Shown one piece after another: positions 37,284-47,733 of a DNA stretch of 64,000 nt (the first letter of the stretch is position 1; the number at the start of each line of letters is the position of its first letter). The notes under the pieces are model-generated. The model was not told where the DNA came from. It ran no database searches and saw only the letters and a program-made list of their open reading frames with translations. This DNA is from Perkinsus chesapeaki ATCC PRA-425 (taxonomy: Eukaryota > Protista > Perkinsozoa). The translations under genes and the position numbers were made by a program. Location of the stretch: positions 35,718-99,717 of the forward strand of contig JAAPAO010000056.1 of the NCBI GenBank assembly GCA_013115145.1, given 5' to 3'.

Positions 37284-39204
37284 TCACTGTGTTAGCCGCT
37301 TGCGGTATTCTCTCAGCTCCTTGATTAAAGGGATAACGTTCTTGCCTTCGTCGGCGTACCTGACAAGACACATCAGAATACGTATTTTTACAGAAGAAGC
37401 ACGCTCGTTACTCTCGTATGCGTTCTTGTGCGTAGGCGTGGAAGGCCATAGCTTCCGCCTCAGTGACTGCCTTGGCTCGCTCGATTACGCCAGATTCACT
37501 GAGCAAGCGCAATGTGAAACTGACGCTATAAAAACTAGTGATCATGGAGCTTACGCCCGGGCGTCCTTCTTAGCGCGGCGCTTTTTCTCGGCCACCTGTC
37601 GCTTCTGTTCCGTTGCTATGTACTCCGCGGCCTTCCTGCGAGAAGCCAAATCCTCTTTCTCCTCTTCGTCTGAATGCACACTACTCTAAGTACCGACACT
37701 GTTCACTCGGCTCACTTAATCTTTTGAACATTTCCTCACAGTAAGCTGCCATCTTTCGGCCCATTTCCTGCTCCTTCTCCTTAGCTTCCCTTCGCTTCTC
37801 CATCTGTGAATTGCGCGACTTCTCCAGCTCATCCATCCACCTGCCAGGCCATCATACAGCGTCCCTGATGGCTTCCTTTTCTTACTTTCGTATTTTCTCC
37901 TCTTTTTTCACTCGAGCTGCCTCGTCTGCCATCTCCTTCTCGAGCACTTGCCTCTCAATTCGCTTCTCCTCGTTCGATTGGGATGCTGCCAGACGCGCGG
38001 CCTGCCAAGCCATCACTAAGCTTAAAACCACATGTCTCATCGCTTGCCTGATCCTCGATCATCTTCTTCCTCATTTCCTGTTTTTTGTTGAAAATTTCCT
38101 CCTCGCGCTTCTTTCTCATCTCAAACTGCCGGCTCTTCTCAGCAGCGTATTCCTCTGTACAAATTCCCATCAACTTCCTTCCTATATAAGCCTACCAATC
38201 TTGCGCTCTTCCTTCGCGATCCTCTCAGCCTCTTGCGCTTTAATTTCCTTCAAATAGGCATTCGCCTTCTGCGTCTCGACAAGCGCCTGTATCGCGACAT
38301 TTCTCCGAGCCTCTTCCGCTCGGCGCTGAGAGAGAAACTAGCACTAGGGCGAGAAGCTGCGTCACTCACCTCAGCCTGGAGATCCTCAGCTGCTTTCTTT
38401 CTCAGTATCTCCCCCTCCATCATCTCGTCTCTAATTTCTGCTAGCCTCGCTTCCTTCCACTCAGCCAGCTGGGCCTGTTGCACCTGTAATGAAGAGCTCC
38501 GTCCAATCTATTTCAAATCGAGTGCACTGACCTTGGCAGTTTCCTGCGCTCTGGCCTCTCCTTCCGATTTTTCCTTCAGCTCCCTTTCCAGCATTTTCTG
38601 ATAGTTGTACTTGGCAACATCTTCAAAGCGTTCATCCCTCAAGCGTTCGAGTTTAGCCAGCTCCTCTTTCAAGCGGACCTGACCGGAGTACACCATCTCC
38701 GTCGTCGAAGAGCTTCCTAGCCCACCTGGGCTTCTCGCTCGGCCAAGACGTCACTGTGCATCATCGCGCCATGGAAACTTTTCATCCGATCAGTCTCCTC
38801 CTTGAGTATCTTATTAGCTCGCTCAATGGCTTTACGCCTCTCCCCTAGCTGATAGCGCGCTTCTTGCAGGTCTATCTTTTGCCTGGGCAATGCAAGGATG
38901 CAAATACCCTTTCTTCGAGACACACGAAGCCACCTCTCTCTCTCTTCCCGCTCAAATCGCTCTTTACGGTCTTGCTCTTTTTTCCTGCGGCTGCCTTCCA
39001 GAGTATTGGACCACCCCGCGGCTCGAGCTTTCGATTTCTCGTGCATCTCTAAAGCCTGCAGGAAACCGTTCAGTGGTCAAGGAGAGCGCATTTCCGTTGC
39101 ACCTTCTCGCGCTTGGCCGCGCTTGCTTGATCATCGTCGGTCTTGCCGATCGCAAGCTTCCGTATCCTATCAAGCTCAGAAGCGCTGACGACTCCACCAG
39201 ACAT
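37284..39204 (-). CDS. Ciliary coiled-coil protein, CFAP210/CCDC173-like
   Basis: HEKSKARAAGWSNTLEGSRRKKE, ETDRMKSFHGAMMHSDVLAEREAQ, long E/K/R/A coiled coils and C-terminal FHAYAQ...EGKNVIPLIK resemble CFAP210 as recalled. Confidence 0.7.
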
Positions 39205-39735
39205 TCTAGAAGAAACTTTCTTGAAACTAGTTTTTGAATTGACCGAGACTCAAGGCTGCTAGTCGAAGAACATCATGACAGGATGACAGGAATGAACAAG
39301 TCATTCACCGCCCAGAATCGAGCAAACCCGCCGCGTGGCAGCCCTTACTCTCCAACTGCCTGTGCTCCTAAATCAAGCAAGTGCGTGCTACGGAGAACAC
39401 TAAAGCTCACTTGGCTGTAGACGGGTATGGCGCTGGCCGCTCTCTGAATACCCTCCATGTGGTGGACGATACCGAATAGATCTTCTCTGGTCGAAGAAGT
39501 ACTGACCCGGGACTGAAACACAGGAGCTTTCCATTACCGCGATCGCCTTCGTAACTCACTCCATCTCGTTGCCAAATACGTTAATGTAGGCGCCACAGCG
39601 TCATGCAACATGTCACGATGAGGAGAGGGAGGAGCAAGGGGTGGCGCCATTGAGCAATATGACCATACTGCTACGAAGAGATAATTAACCATTATCCTCG
39701 TGACAAACACCAATAGAGCATCAATAGAAAAGTTA

Positions 39736-40439
39736 TTATTTATCAGGCAGTAACGTAAGTTTCCACAAATCGATCGCTGGGTGAACATATCCTTCCATTT
39801 CGGGCCATTCGTCGACAGGCAGCTCCTCGCCGTCCCAGCCAGCAGCTACAAGGCCGTCCACCAGGAGCTCGTCAACGTCGTCGTGCCGATGCTTATGTGT
39901 CATGAACCTGAGAACACCTCCCACTGAGCAGGTTCGAGCAGCACTTACATGCACACATTGGCGCAAAGCTTCGGCCGCAACTGCCTAAGAAGGTCCAGGA
40001 ACAGTTGGGCTCCCTGTACGTTGTAAACAGCATCGCTGGCAACAAGCAGATCAACCGAGCCGTCGGGTATCCAGGCCAGATCCGGCGCTGCCCAGTCCAA
40101 AGGTCGCCAGGTCTTCGCTCGACAAGAGGACTCGGCCTCTGGCAGGTCAGTAGCCACAACCTTGTCCACCTTTCCCTCCATGGCTATCGAAGGGGCTCCA
40201 AAGCCACAGCCCAGCTCCAACGCAAAATGCCGGTCGTTGATCTCCTCAGTGAAAGAGAGAAATCTTGCCATCACTACGCTGGATTCCCAGAGCCTTGCGT
40301 AGGGACCATGGACACCGGTGGCAACTCGACGGAAGTCTAGCAGTCGGCCGTCAGCGAGCTCGATTTGCTCTTTTTCGAGACTTTCAGTGAGAGCTGCATG
40401 CTCCAAAGAAAGACTGGTAGTGCAGTCTACGTAAGGCAT
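39736..40439 (-). CDS. Protein-lysine methyltransferase, METTL21/Methyltransf_16 family
   Basis: Motifs RLWESSVVMARFL, ALELGCGFG, VVATDL, LDW and DLLVASDAVY. Confidence 0.9.
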
Positions 40440-40517
40440 TATGGAAGAAGTCTACTGACCAGAAAATGACAGGAGATAGGAAAACAAACACAACGCCGCC
40501 GTCCGTGTGATGAAAAC

Positions 40518-43500
40518 TCAACCATGCGACGCGTCCCCGTCACTGTAGCCGTCCTCGGAATATTCCTCTTCGACGGACGCGCTTTCGTCGGAGTTCTCCG
40601 ACCCTTCATTGTCGTACTCGTCCAAGTCATCTTCGTCCCTAAAGGGGAACTTCAGGCGCGCCAATTGAGTTTCCAACGCACTCGATAGGATTCTCCTCCA
40701 GTCGACTGGCAACGCCTCTCATGCGCTCGAGCAAGTCTGCAATTCTCTCAAAAGTGTTCTGAAGCTGACAGGAGCATTCGTAATTTATATACCCAACAAC
40801 TTAACCATAGTCGGCCAGGTATCCAACAGTGCCGCTTTAGATTTGCCATCGTTACCTCCCAGCTGGACCAGCATGCCCTGAGCCTTAGGCGGTTCTGAGA
40901 AGCATTTCGGATCGGCTAACCTGAGTCTGGTGCTCTATTTCCCTGGCAAGCTCATCAAGCTCGTCGATAGCTTGCTCGCCTAAGGCCCGAGCTCGCTGCA
41001 ACCCTTCAGCGAGGGATCCTTCCCCGGTCCTGCTGGCTGCTAAGTCGGCGGCTGGCGTGCCTGGCACGCACATAGGCAGGCTCCATGCGTGTCAATTACT
41101 CAGCGTGCCAACGATGATGCGAAAGCGAGCAAGGAAGTCGAACACGTCGGGCACACGAACCCTGCCACTATCCAAAACCTGGAGGATCCACATAGCTGAA
41201 GATGACTTCCCAAGGCGAGGACCTTGTCTAACTCAGCTTCGAACTGCAGCAGTGACGGTCTTTGGCTCCGAAGCTGCTGAACCAGGTACTCAACAAGGGA
41301 GATGCGCTCCCCTTCTATGTTCACGAGATCGAACACCACTGAAAGCCTGATCCAGGAACATTCCAAGTCCCTTGCAGAAACCCATGGGAACCTCAAGCCT
41401 TTATTAGCAGAGCTTTCGTCTGTGGGACCATCGCTCCTGAGAGCTCGGCCGACTTTAACGATAACCTAGCGATGGCTAGAACCCCGTATCCTCCTATGGT
41501 CCAGCGGAGACCTGTAGTATTGTAGACAGCTTCTGGCTCTCTCTGAGCTGCCGTGTTGCCTCAAGGATCAGCCGAAGATCTTCCACGACCCTATCCTTCT
41601 CCACACTCGTGCAGAAATAATTAACATACCTGCCCCACTGTGCCAATATCATCGCCATAAACAACCCTACATGCAGTGCAGCCTGAGCTCTATTGTAGGG
41701 GACAAGTCACGCACAGCGGTCGCGTAGTCGATAAGTTCTGGGTGCCCGGCGGCTACTTGCGTGTCTCGGCCCAGAGGTGCGCACCAAGCATCAGTATCCC
41801 ACATGGAGCTGCACAGTGTCGCGTCATCCAGAGATCTATAAGGCTCTCGTCATTCTGTGCGGCGGTGCCGCCCAGCAACTCACAAGAACAGGAATGCCTC
41901 GTACCACTCGTCTTGGGTCAGCCCTCCATCGCTGTGTTTCATGTACTCCTCCAGACGGCTTAGATGGCGAGCCAGGTCCCAACTAGCGCTGTCAGTGGGA
42001 ATGGTACATCTGGTAGCAATTCAGATTGACGCAAACCCCACCCCACAGCTCACTCGAAAAACCCAATGAGATGGCCGCGGGCATCTAGCGCGTCCGCACC
42101 AACGCCGTTGCCGCCCAGCCTCACTTTGGCCACGGCCAGGATACCCTTCTTGTCTTTGGCACTACTGGATAAAGGACCTTCAATTTGAATCAGCAATGTG
42201 ATCCTGCTAACAGTCTCACCATGCAGAGTAGTAACAAGGCAAGGGTTAACGACCATAGCCGCCGCCGTGCCGACGCGAACCGGTGTGCCATCGTGCTTTA
42301 CTAGCGGCAGCACCGGCGGAGGCCTTCCAGATGATCGAAACTGATGAAGGCTACAGGAAGGGTTCACAGTGCGGACATCAGCTACGTCTATTGGCCACAC
42401 AGGCGCTCCCACAGAGTCCATGTCAGGTAGAGGGATGTCGTGCGCTGACAGCAGAGCGGCAGCCGCCGGGTTTAGGATCCATCCTGTACCGTCAGGCGAT
42501 GGCAGCTGCACTACAGGGAGTGTGATGGGTGCTTGGTCGACGGCGGCGGCGGCTGAGGGCCGAGCAAGATAGCAATGAACCTTCGTATTTCATACCGAGC
42601 GTCGAAAGCTCCACCTCGCCAACTGCATTCTCGCAATCTTTGAGGGAATGGTCCGCTATGAGCCTCTTGGCTCTCTCAACCGCCTGACTTGGCAACTAAA
42701 AGCTACTGCGAAGAGATATGACACCTCCGTTGCCAGCACACTATCGGTGTGTTTACTGCCGAGCTGCTTGAGTCTTGTTGACTGAGCAGCCATCAGGAAC
42801 CCCAACGCCGATTGGGATGGCGGTTGCTGTATAGCACAAAGAGCAAGCCCGAGGCTGTATCTACCAGCCCTCAAATGACACTAGATACTAAATGATCATA
42901 TCTGATACTTAACATCAGCCACTGGCAGGCTGTCAACCCCAAATAGAGCCTCCCGAATGGCTAGGGCGGCATGAAGGTGTTTCACGGCCAGCCGAGGATC
43001 TAATTAGCGGTTCAGAGTTCTCTAGACTGGCATGATCACCTTGAAGATGCCTCGCCAACAGTGCAACATTACAGTGGCTATCAGCAACGTGAAGGCTCGG
43101 ATACGGTAGAAGCTTTTCGCGGATCGTCAGGCATCTCTGTGCTAGGACCTTCACAAACTGATAGGTTACGCAGTGTACGAAACATCGTACCAGAGCATCG
43201 GCCAAATGTTGTGCGTCACCGCTAAGTTCCCCGCTCCGCTTGAGCAGAAAGCATGCCACCTGCTCAAGCGAGTCATCCCGGAGAGTTGAGTAACGATACA
43301 CCATCTCACCAGGTTAAACGCATCGCCAGCGGCCAAGCTCTCCGCGCCGAAACCCCGGGTGACAGTTGTGATATATCTAATCGACGTCCGTAGTACACTG
43401 TGGTGACGCTGCTGGTAGCCGTACTGCTGATAGTAGGCCTCGGCTTCCGAGTGTTTGCCGTACATTTCGCATATCTCGGCTACGTTACATTCTAAACTGG

Positions 43501-44886
43501 CTCGAACGTGCAAGGAGAGGTGGCGTGTTTCACCGTGTTTTCTTTCTCCAATCGGGTACTGAAAAAACATTTAGAGATACGCGGGAAAAACGTTGGCTGG
43601 CACCGACGACTTTTAGGAAAATCGTGCACTTTTCCGTGAGAAGTTCGACGCCAAGATAGCTATGATATAGCACATTTGGATTGTGAATCAATCGGAGCTA
43701 TTGAGCCTACCTCCAGCAGTAGCCTATCAACGAACCCGACACCCAAGTCGTGCTGGCTGCTGGCTGCATATGCCCGTGATAGCAAAAGCAACTCCACTAA
43801 ATTATCCCCTTCCTCGCTTCCATGAGCTCGCAATGCTTGCTTTGCGTTCACAATGGCGTCATCGTATCTTAGCAAGAACTGACTGAACCATATGAGAGTT
43901 CATCTCACAGCTACCTCGCATTTCGATACGCGAGGACAGCCGCTGTCCGGTGAGCTCGCCTCATGCTCGAGTTGCCATGTCCACGTGGATCCTCATGTAC
44001 AACTACGTCGCTATTCCCATCACAATTCATCAATCCCTTACCAGACTGAGAGCTCATCTTCTGTCCGCGATGATCGCCCTTTAACTCAACGTCCCAATAG
44101 CTATGCATCAGCCCCACCAGATCAACCTCACCGAACCCATCAGAGTCCATAGCACCAAAGAGCTCGTATGGAGCAACCTGAAAGCTAAGTCCAGCCAACA
44201 GCAGCTAAGGCGCTTCCTCACCCCCGGTGGAAGTACGGTCTGCCGACCGGGTATGTCCCCGGGGCGCATCATGGCCAAGGTGTTCTTGAACTCCTCCAAG
44301 TTAAGCTTGCCATGGTAGTGGTGCTCAAACCACTCCACGGCAGCTCGGAAGGAGCCGAACCGCTGGAGCAGCCCGTACCGTAAAACCTGCCTGGGTCGTC
44401 GCTAGCTCATAGGACTGTCGAGGATACCAGGAGAGCTTGGTCGATCCCGGCCACAGGCGGCTTCACCGGAATCTTTCCCGCAGCATTGGAGTGTCGAGCT
44501 GCTGACTGCGCTTGTTTCACCACAGCCTCAAACCTGATCCCTTTCAACAAAATTTCCCGCGCGCCCCAAATGTCCACCTGGATCCGCTTCTCGTGGGCAC
44601 GACGCTTGATTTTTTCTCAGCTTCAGACGCCTTGCTCTTCCTTTTCTGCGCCAGCTCCTACAGCTGGCTTCAAACCACCTCGAACCCTTGGCTTCCTGCC
44701 TTGCATTCCGCCCCATGGCCCTGCCGCCAGTCCAGCCTTTGACACTCTTCGCTACAGTAGAAGGCCTCCTCGCAGCCGCTACAACAGAACGTCGTATCTA
44801 ATGCACAGCTGGATCGATGCAACTTGTGGGATCACTTCACCGGTGCCGCAGACTTTGCACTTGGTTTGGATGGAAAGGTCGGCCAT
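40518..44886 (-). CDS. Formin-like protein: MYND finger, EF-hand pair, TPR repeats, divergent FH2, acidic tail (single-gene model inferred)
   Basis: CKVCGT|DTTFCCSGCEEAFYCSEECQRLDWRQGHGAECK (MYND); GKLNLEEFK and MDSDGFGEVDL (EF); AQRCLTIREKLL (TPR); IELRLHCM...EATRQLRESQKLSTILQ|VIVKVG...ISLVEYLVQQLRSQRPSLLQFEAEL (FH2). Confidence 0.7.
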
Positions 44887-44955
44887 TACATGACTTTCAA
44901 ACTCTCAAAGCTCCACAGGTGACTTCCAGCAAACCAGCAAAACAGGAAATGTTTG

Positions 44956-45330
44956 TCATTTCCAGGCAAGCCAGATCATGCAAAAGCGTTGCGAAGTTCG
45001 CTGTGCACACACGCGCATACCGCCTTCAAATCGACTTCGATGATCCAAAACTCTTCTATTTAAATCGAACGTTGAGCTTTCTGGGTACCCTTGTTGCGCC
45101 TTGTCAAGTTGAAGTGGAAACGGAGAGGCTTGGATATATTCAGAATCCAACAGAGTAGTCGGGTCAGAAAAAGTGTTCCCAGGCAGGCCATGCCGTAATT
45201 CACTCCCGACATGCTCAGAATCATCTTCGCTGACGAAGTGAGACGGGACCACAACACGCCACGGTTCCTTTGCTTTGGTTTCCTTTAGCGGGAACCTCAA
45301 TAGCACTTTTACGGATTCCGCCGCAAATCG
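44956..45330 (-). CDS. Possible short hypothetical coding segment
   Basis: Open frame of more than 120 codons between the propeller ORF and the MYND gene; no clear start or domain. Confidence 0.25.
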   Translation of the reverse strand, partial: RFAAESVKVLLRFPLKETKAKEPWRVVVPSHFVSEDDSEHVGSELRHGLPGNTFSDPTTLLDSEYIQASPFPLQLDKAQQGYPESSTFDLNRRVLDHRSRFEGGMRVCAQRTSQRFCMIWLAWK

Positions 45331-45331
45331 A

Positions 45332-46303
45332 CTAAGTGAACACTGGAGCGAGCACGTGGAGGCGTCTGGTAGTCTCGAGGAGCCAAAACCTCCGGTTTGC
45401 CTGAGCGAATAACCTGCACCCTCGGAAGCTGTCGGGCAATGCATATACGCCAAGTAGCGCTTCCGACACCAAGTCGAAGTGCCACAACTTCATACCGTTC
45501 ATCCCGCGCGAGAAGCCGCACAGCCAGGCTTGCCTTCTGCAAGATTCCACCTCTAAGTTGCCGACTGCGAAGTCCACTGTGAGCAAACTTCGACAGGCCG
45601 ACCCTGCCGTCCACTGGACCAGCGAAGACTCTGGATGCCTCCTCAGGTCTGTGCGTATCCAGAAGAGCTCCGTCTGGCCTTGGTAGGATGTAGCGACCAG
45701 AGACTGCAGCTCCTCCTGGGCGCTGTAGACCACAACCCTCTCCCCGACAACCGAGGCGACATCCACCCGAACAACTTCCTCGTGGTTCTCGCCGATCCAC
45801 AAGCCGTACACAAAACCGTCGCCACAACACCGAGGAAAAATGATCCCGCCGCCAACCCGATCTGCCCCCACTGGCGACCTGATCGGGTACCCCTCCCCGA
45901 ACGAAATCACGCTCCCTGGACTTTGCCAGTCTCGCGCTAGGTACAGTGTTCGGTTGATGGCATCGATCCAGATCAAATTGTCAGTGCTAGGGTCCACGCA
46001 GACACAAGATGTCGGCCGGTGCTCTGAAGTGTTACCCATCACAGTGGTAATTCCATCCAAGCCGACTCGCTCTAACACAGTACGATGGCCATCCTCTACT
46101 TGCCATGCGAGACCACGACCACCTGGGAGTTTGAAGGGCAGCAAGCCAATGGTGTCCGGTCTGGTGGAAGCGACTTTGAAGCCCTCAAGAACCGGCTTAG
46201 CATGGGACCAAATCTCATACCGATACTCAACAGATTCTACTCGACGGTCGAGCCATTGGAGAACAAGCGCTGTCCTCTCCCGTGCATCGGTGTAGCCTTC
46301 CAT
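45332..46303 (-). CDS. Intronless hypothetical protein, beta-propeller-like
   Basis: ORF of about 323 aa from MEGYTD, with repeated beta-strand motifs (CVDPSTDNLIWID, VVRVDV, LFWI, KLWHFDL). The ORF-track start at 46423 overlaps the LspA last exon. Confidence 0.6.
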   Translation of the reverse strand: MEGYTDARERTALVLQWLDRRVESVEYRYEIWSHAKPVLEGFKVASTRPDTIGLLPFKLPGGRGLAWQVEDGHRTVLERVGLDGITTVMGNTSEHRPTSCVCVDPSTDNLIWIDAINRTLYLARDWQSPGSVISFGEGYPIRSPVGADRVGGGIIFPRCCGDGFVYGLWIGENHEEVVRVDVASVVGERVVVYSAQEELQSLVATSYQGQTELFWIRTDLRRHPESSLVQWTAGSACRSLLTVDFAVGNLEVESCRRQAWLCGFSRGMNGMKLWHFDLVSEALLGVYALPDSFRGCRLFAQANRRFWLLETTRRLHVLAPVFT

Positions 46304-46382
46304 GCTTAAAAAGAGACTGCGGCCGTGATCGCTCCGACCACAACGCAAACACAGTGCATTTCTATTTGTCTGAAAAATAGTG

Positions 46383-47656
46383 TTATTCTTTCTCTGCATT
46401 CTCTTTCTTCTCTGCTGCCGCATTCTCCCTTGCTGTAGCCCTTTCCGAGAGGTACCCCTGATATCTGATCAAACAAAAGAGCGGTATGAACTCACCGTTA
46501 AAAGCAACTTACACTAGCGTTCCGAAGGCTGCATTGATAACCAGGTCGCTTAGGTTCCATGCCAGATAATAATGTCGGCCAAAGATTGGATCTTCCCCAG
46601 AGATGCTGACATAGTCTACCACCGCCCCGACCAGAAGACGATCGAGCCCGTTCCTGAACAACGACCACTTTTTCCACGAAACGCCGCGAGGCTTACCCCA
46701 CAGCTCCCACCATGAAGATGAAGATTCCCAACTTGTTCCGCCAGTTGGCATCTTTCTTGATGAAAAAATAGACAAAAGCGCCGGTAAGGAGGAGAATGGA
46801 TACGCTCATCATCGCCCAGTAAAGCGTGCGATTAATGCCCCGAGCAAAACTGAGGATAGAGATAACCGACTCGAGAAGCATTCTCCTCACCTGAGTGCCG
46901 AATGACGATTCTCTACATAGCACACGTCGAATTCTAAAACCGAACTAAATCTGAAGGAGATATGGTGCGCAGTTGCTGCATTGGAAAACTCACATGCTCA
47001 ATATTGAGCCCGACGGACGGAAGCGGTTGGCCAAGTACTTCAAGGAGAACTCTATGGCGAGAAAGAGCCCACCAATAGTCCACCATTTTAGGGGGTAACC
47101 AAAGCCCACAGTATCTTCATTACTGTGACCATGATCGACCTCAGAAGGACCTGACAACAGAACAGTCGAGGTAGCATGAAGCCTTTCAGCCTGTATCTAG
47201 CTGGAATCACCCAAGGCCCCTGAATACAAGTACTCATATATTCGTGGGTGCCCTCACTACAACAATACAAATTACTGCACGGGCTAATGCACTCTCAATT
47301 GAGATAGAGAAAACATCCGAGCTGACCGCCGGCCAGTGACCGGCGTCCCCTCAATGTACTCAATTCCGAGCGCACAGCTATTTTCCTTCCAAGCGGATCA
47401 CCATAGAGAAGCTGACTCGTCGAGAGCGCTGCTTGAATGGGAACACTTTAAAAATACCCTCCCAGTATCGAAGCCCAGTATCTCCCAGGCGAAATAAGGC
47501 TGTTACGGTTACAGTGTTACCCGATAAGCGACAGGGAGCCTTTCTTAATGCTATGTGTCATGTCTTACCGTTGGCGTCCTCGGGGGCGGGGGCCTGCCCG
47601 GAATCCCCAGGGCCCTCTGCGCGGCGGCGAAGGTTGGATTCCTCGCAACTGGACAT
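46383..47656 (-). CDS. lspA: Lipoprotein signal peptidase II (peptidase A8), spliced eukaryotic gene
   Basis: Five GT-AG introns (47151-47568, 46951-46993, 46850-46890, 46654-46696, 46465-46512) give ...VENRHSALSF...GIFIFMVGAVGNGLDRLLVGAVVDY...LAWNLSDLVIN..., with hydrophobic segments fitting four TMs. Confidence 0.88.
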
Positions 47657-47733
47657 CGGTACGAAAACTACCAATCAGGGAACCGAATTAAAACACAAGT
47701 CGGTGAAGTGGTAAGGCAAAATGTGCTAGACAA

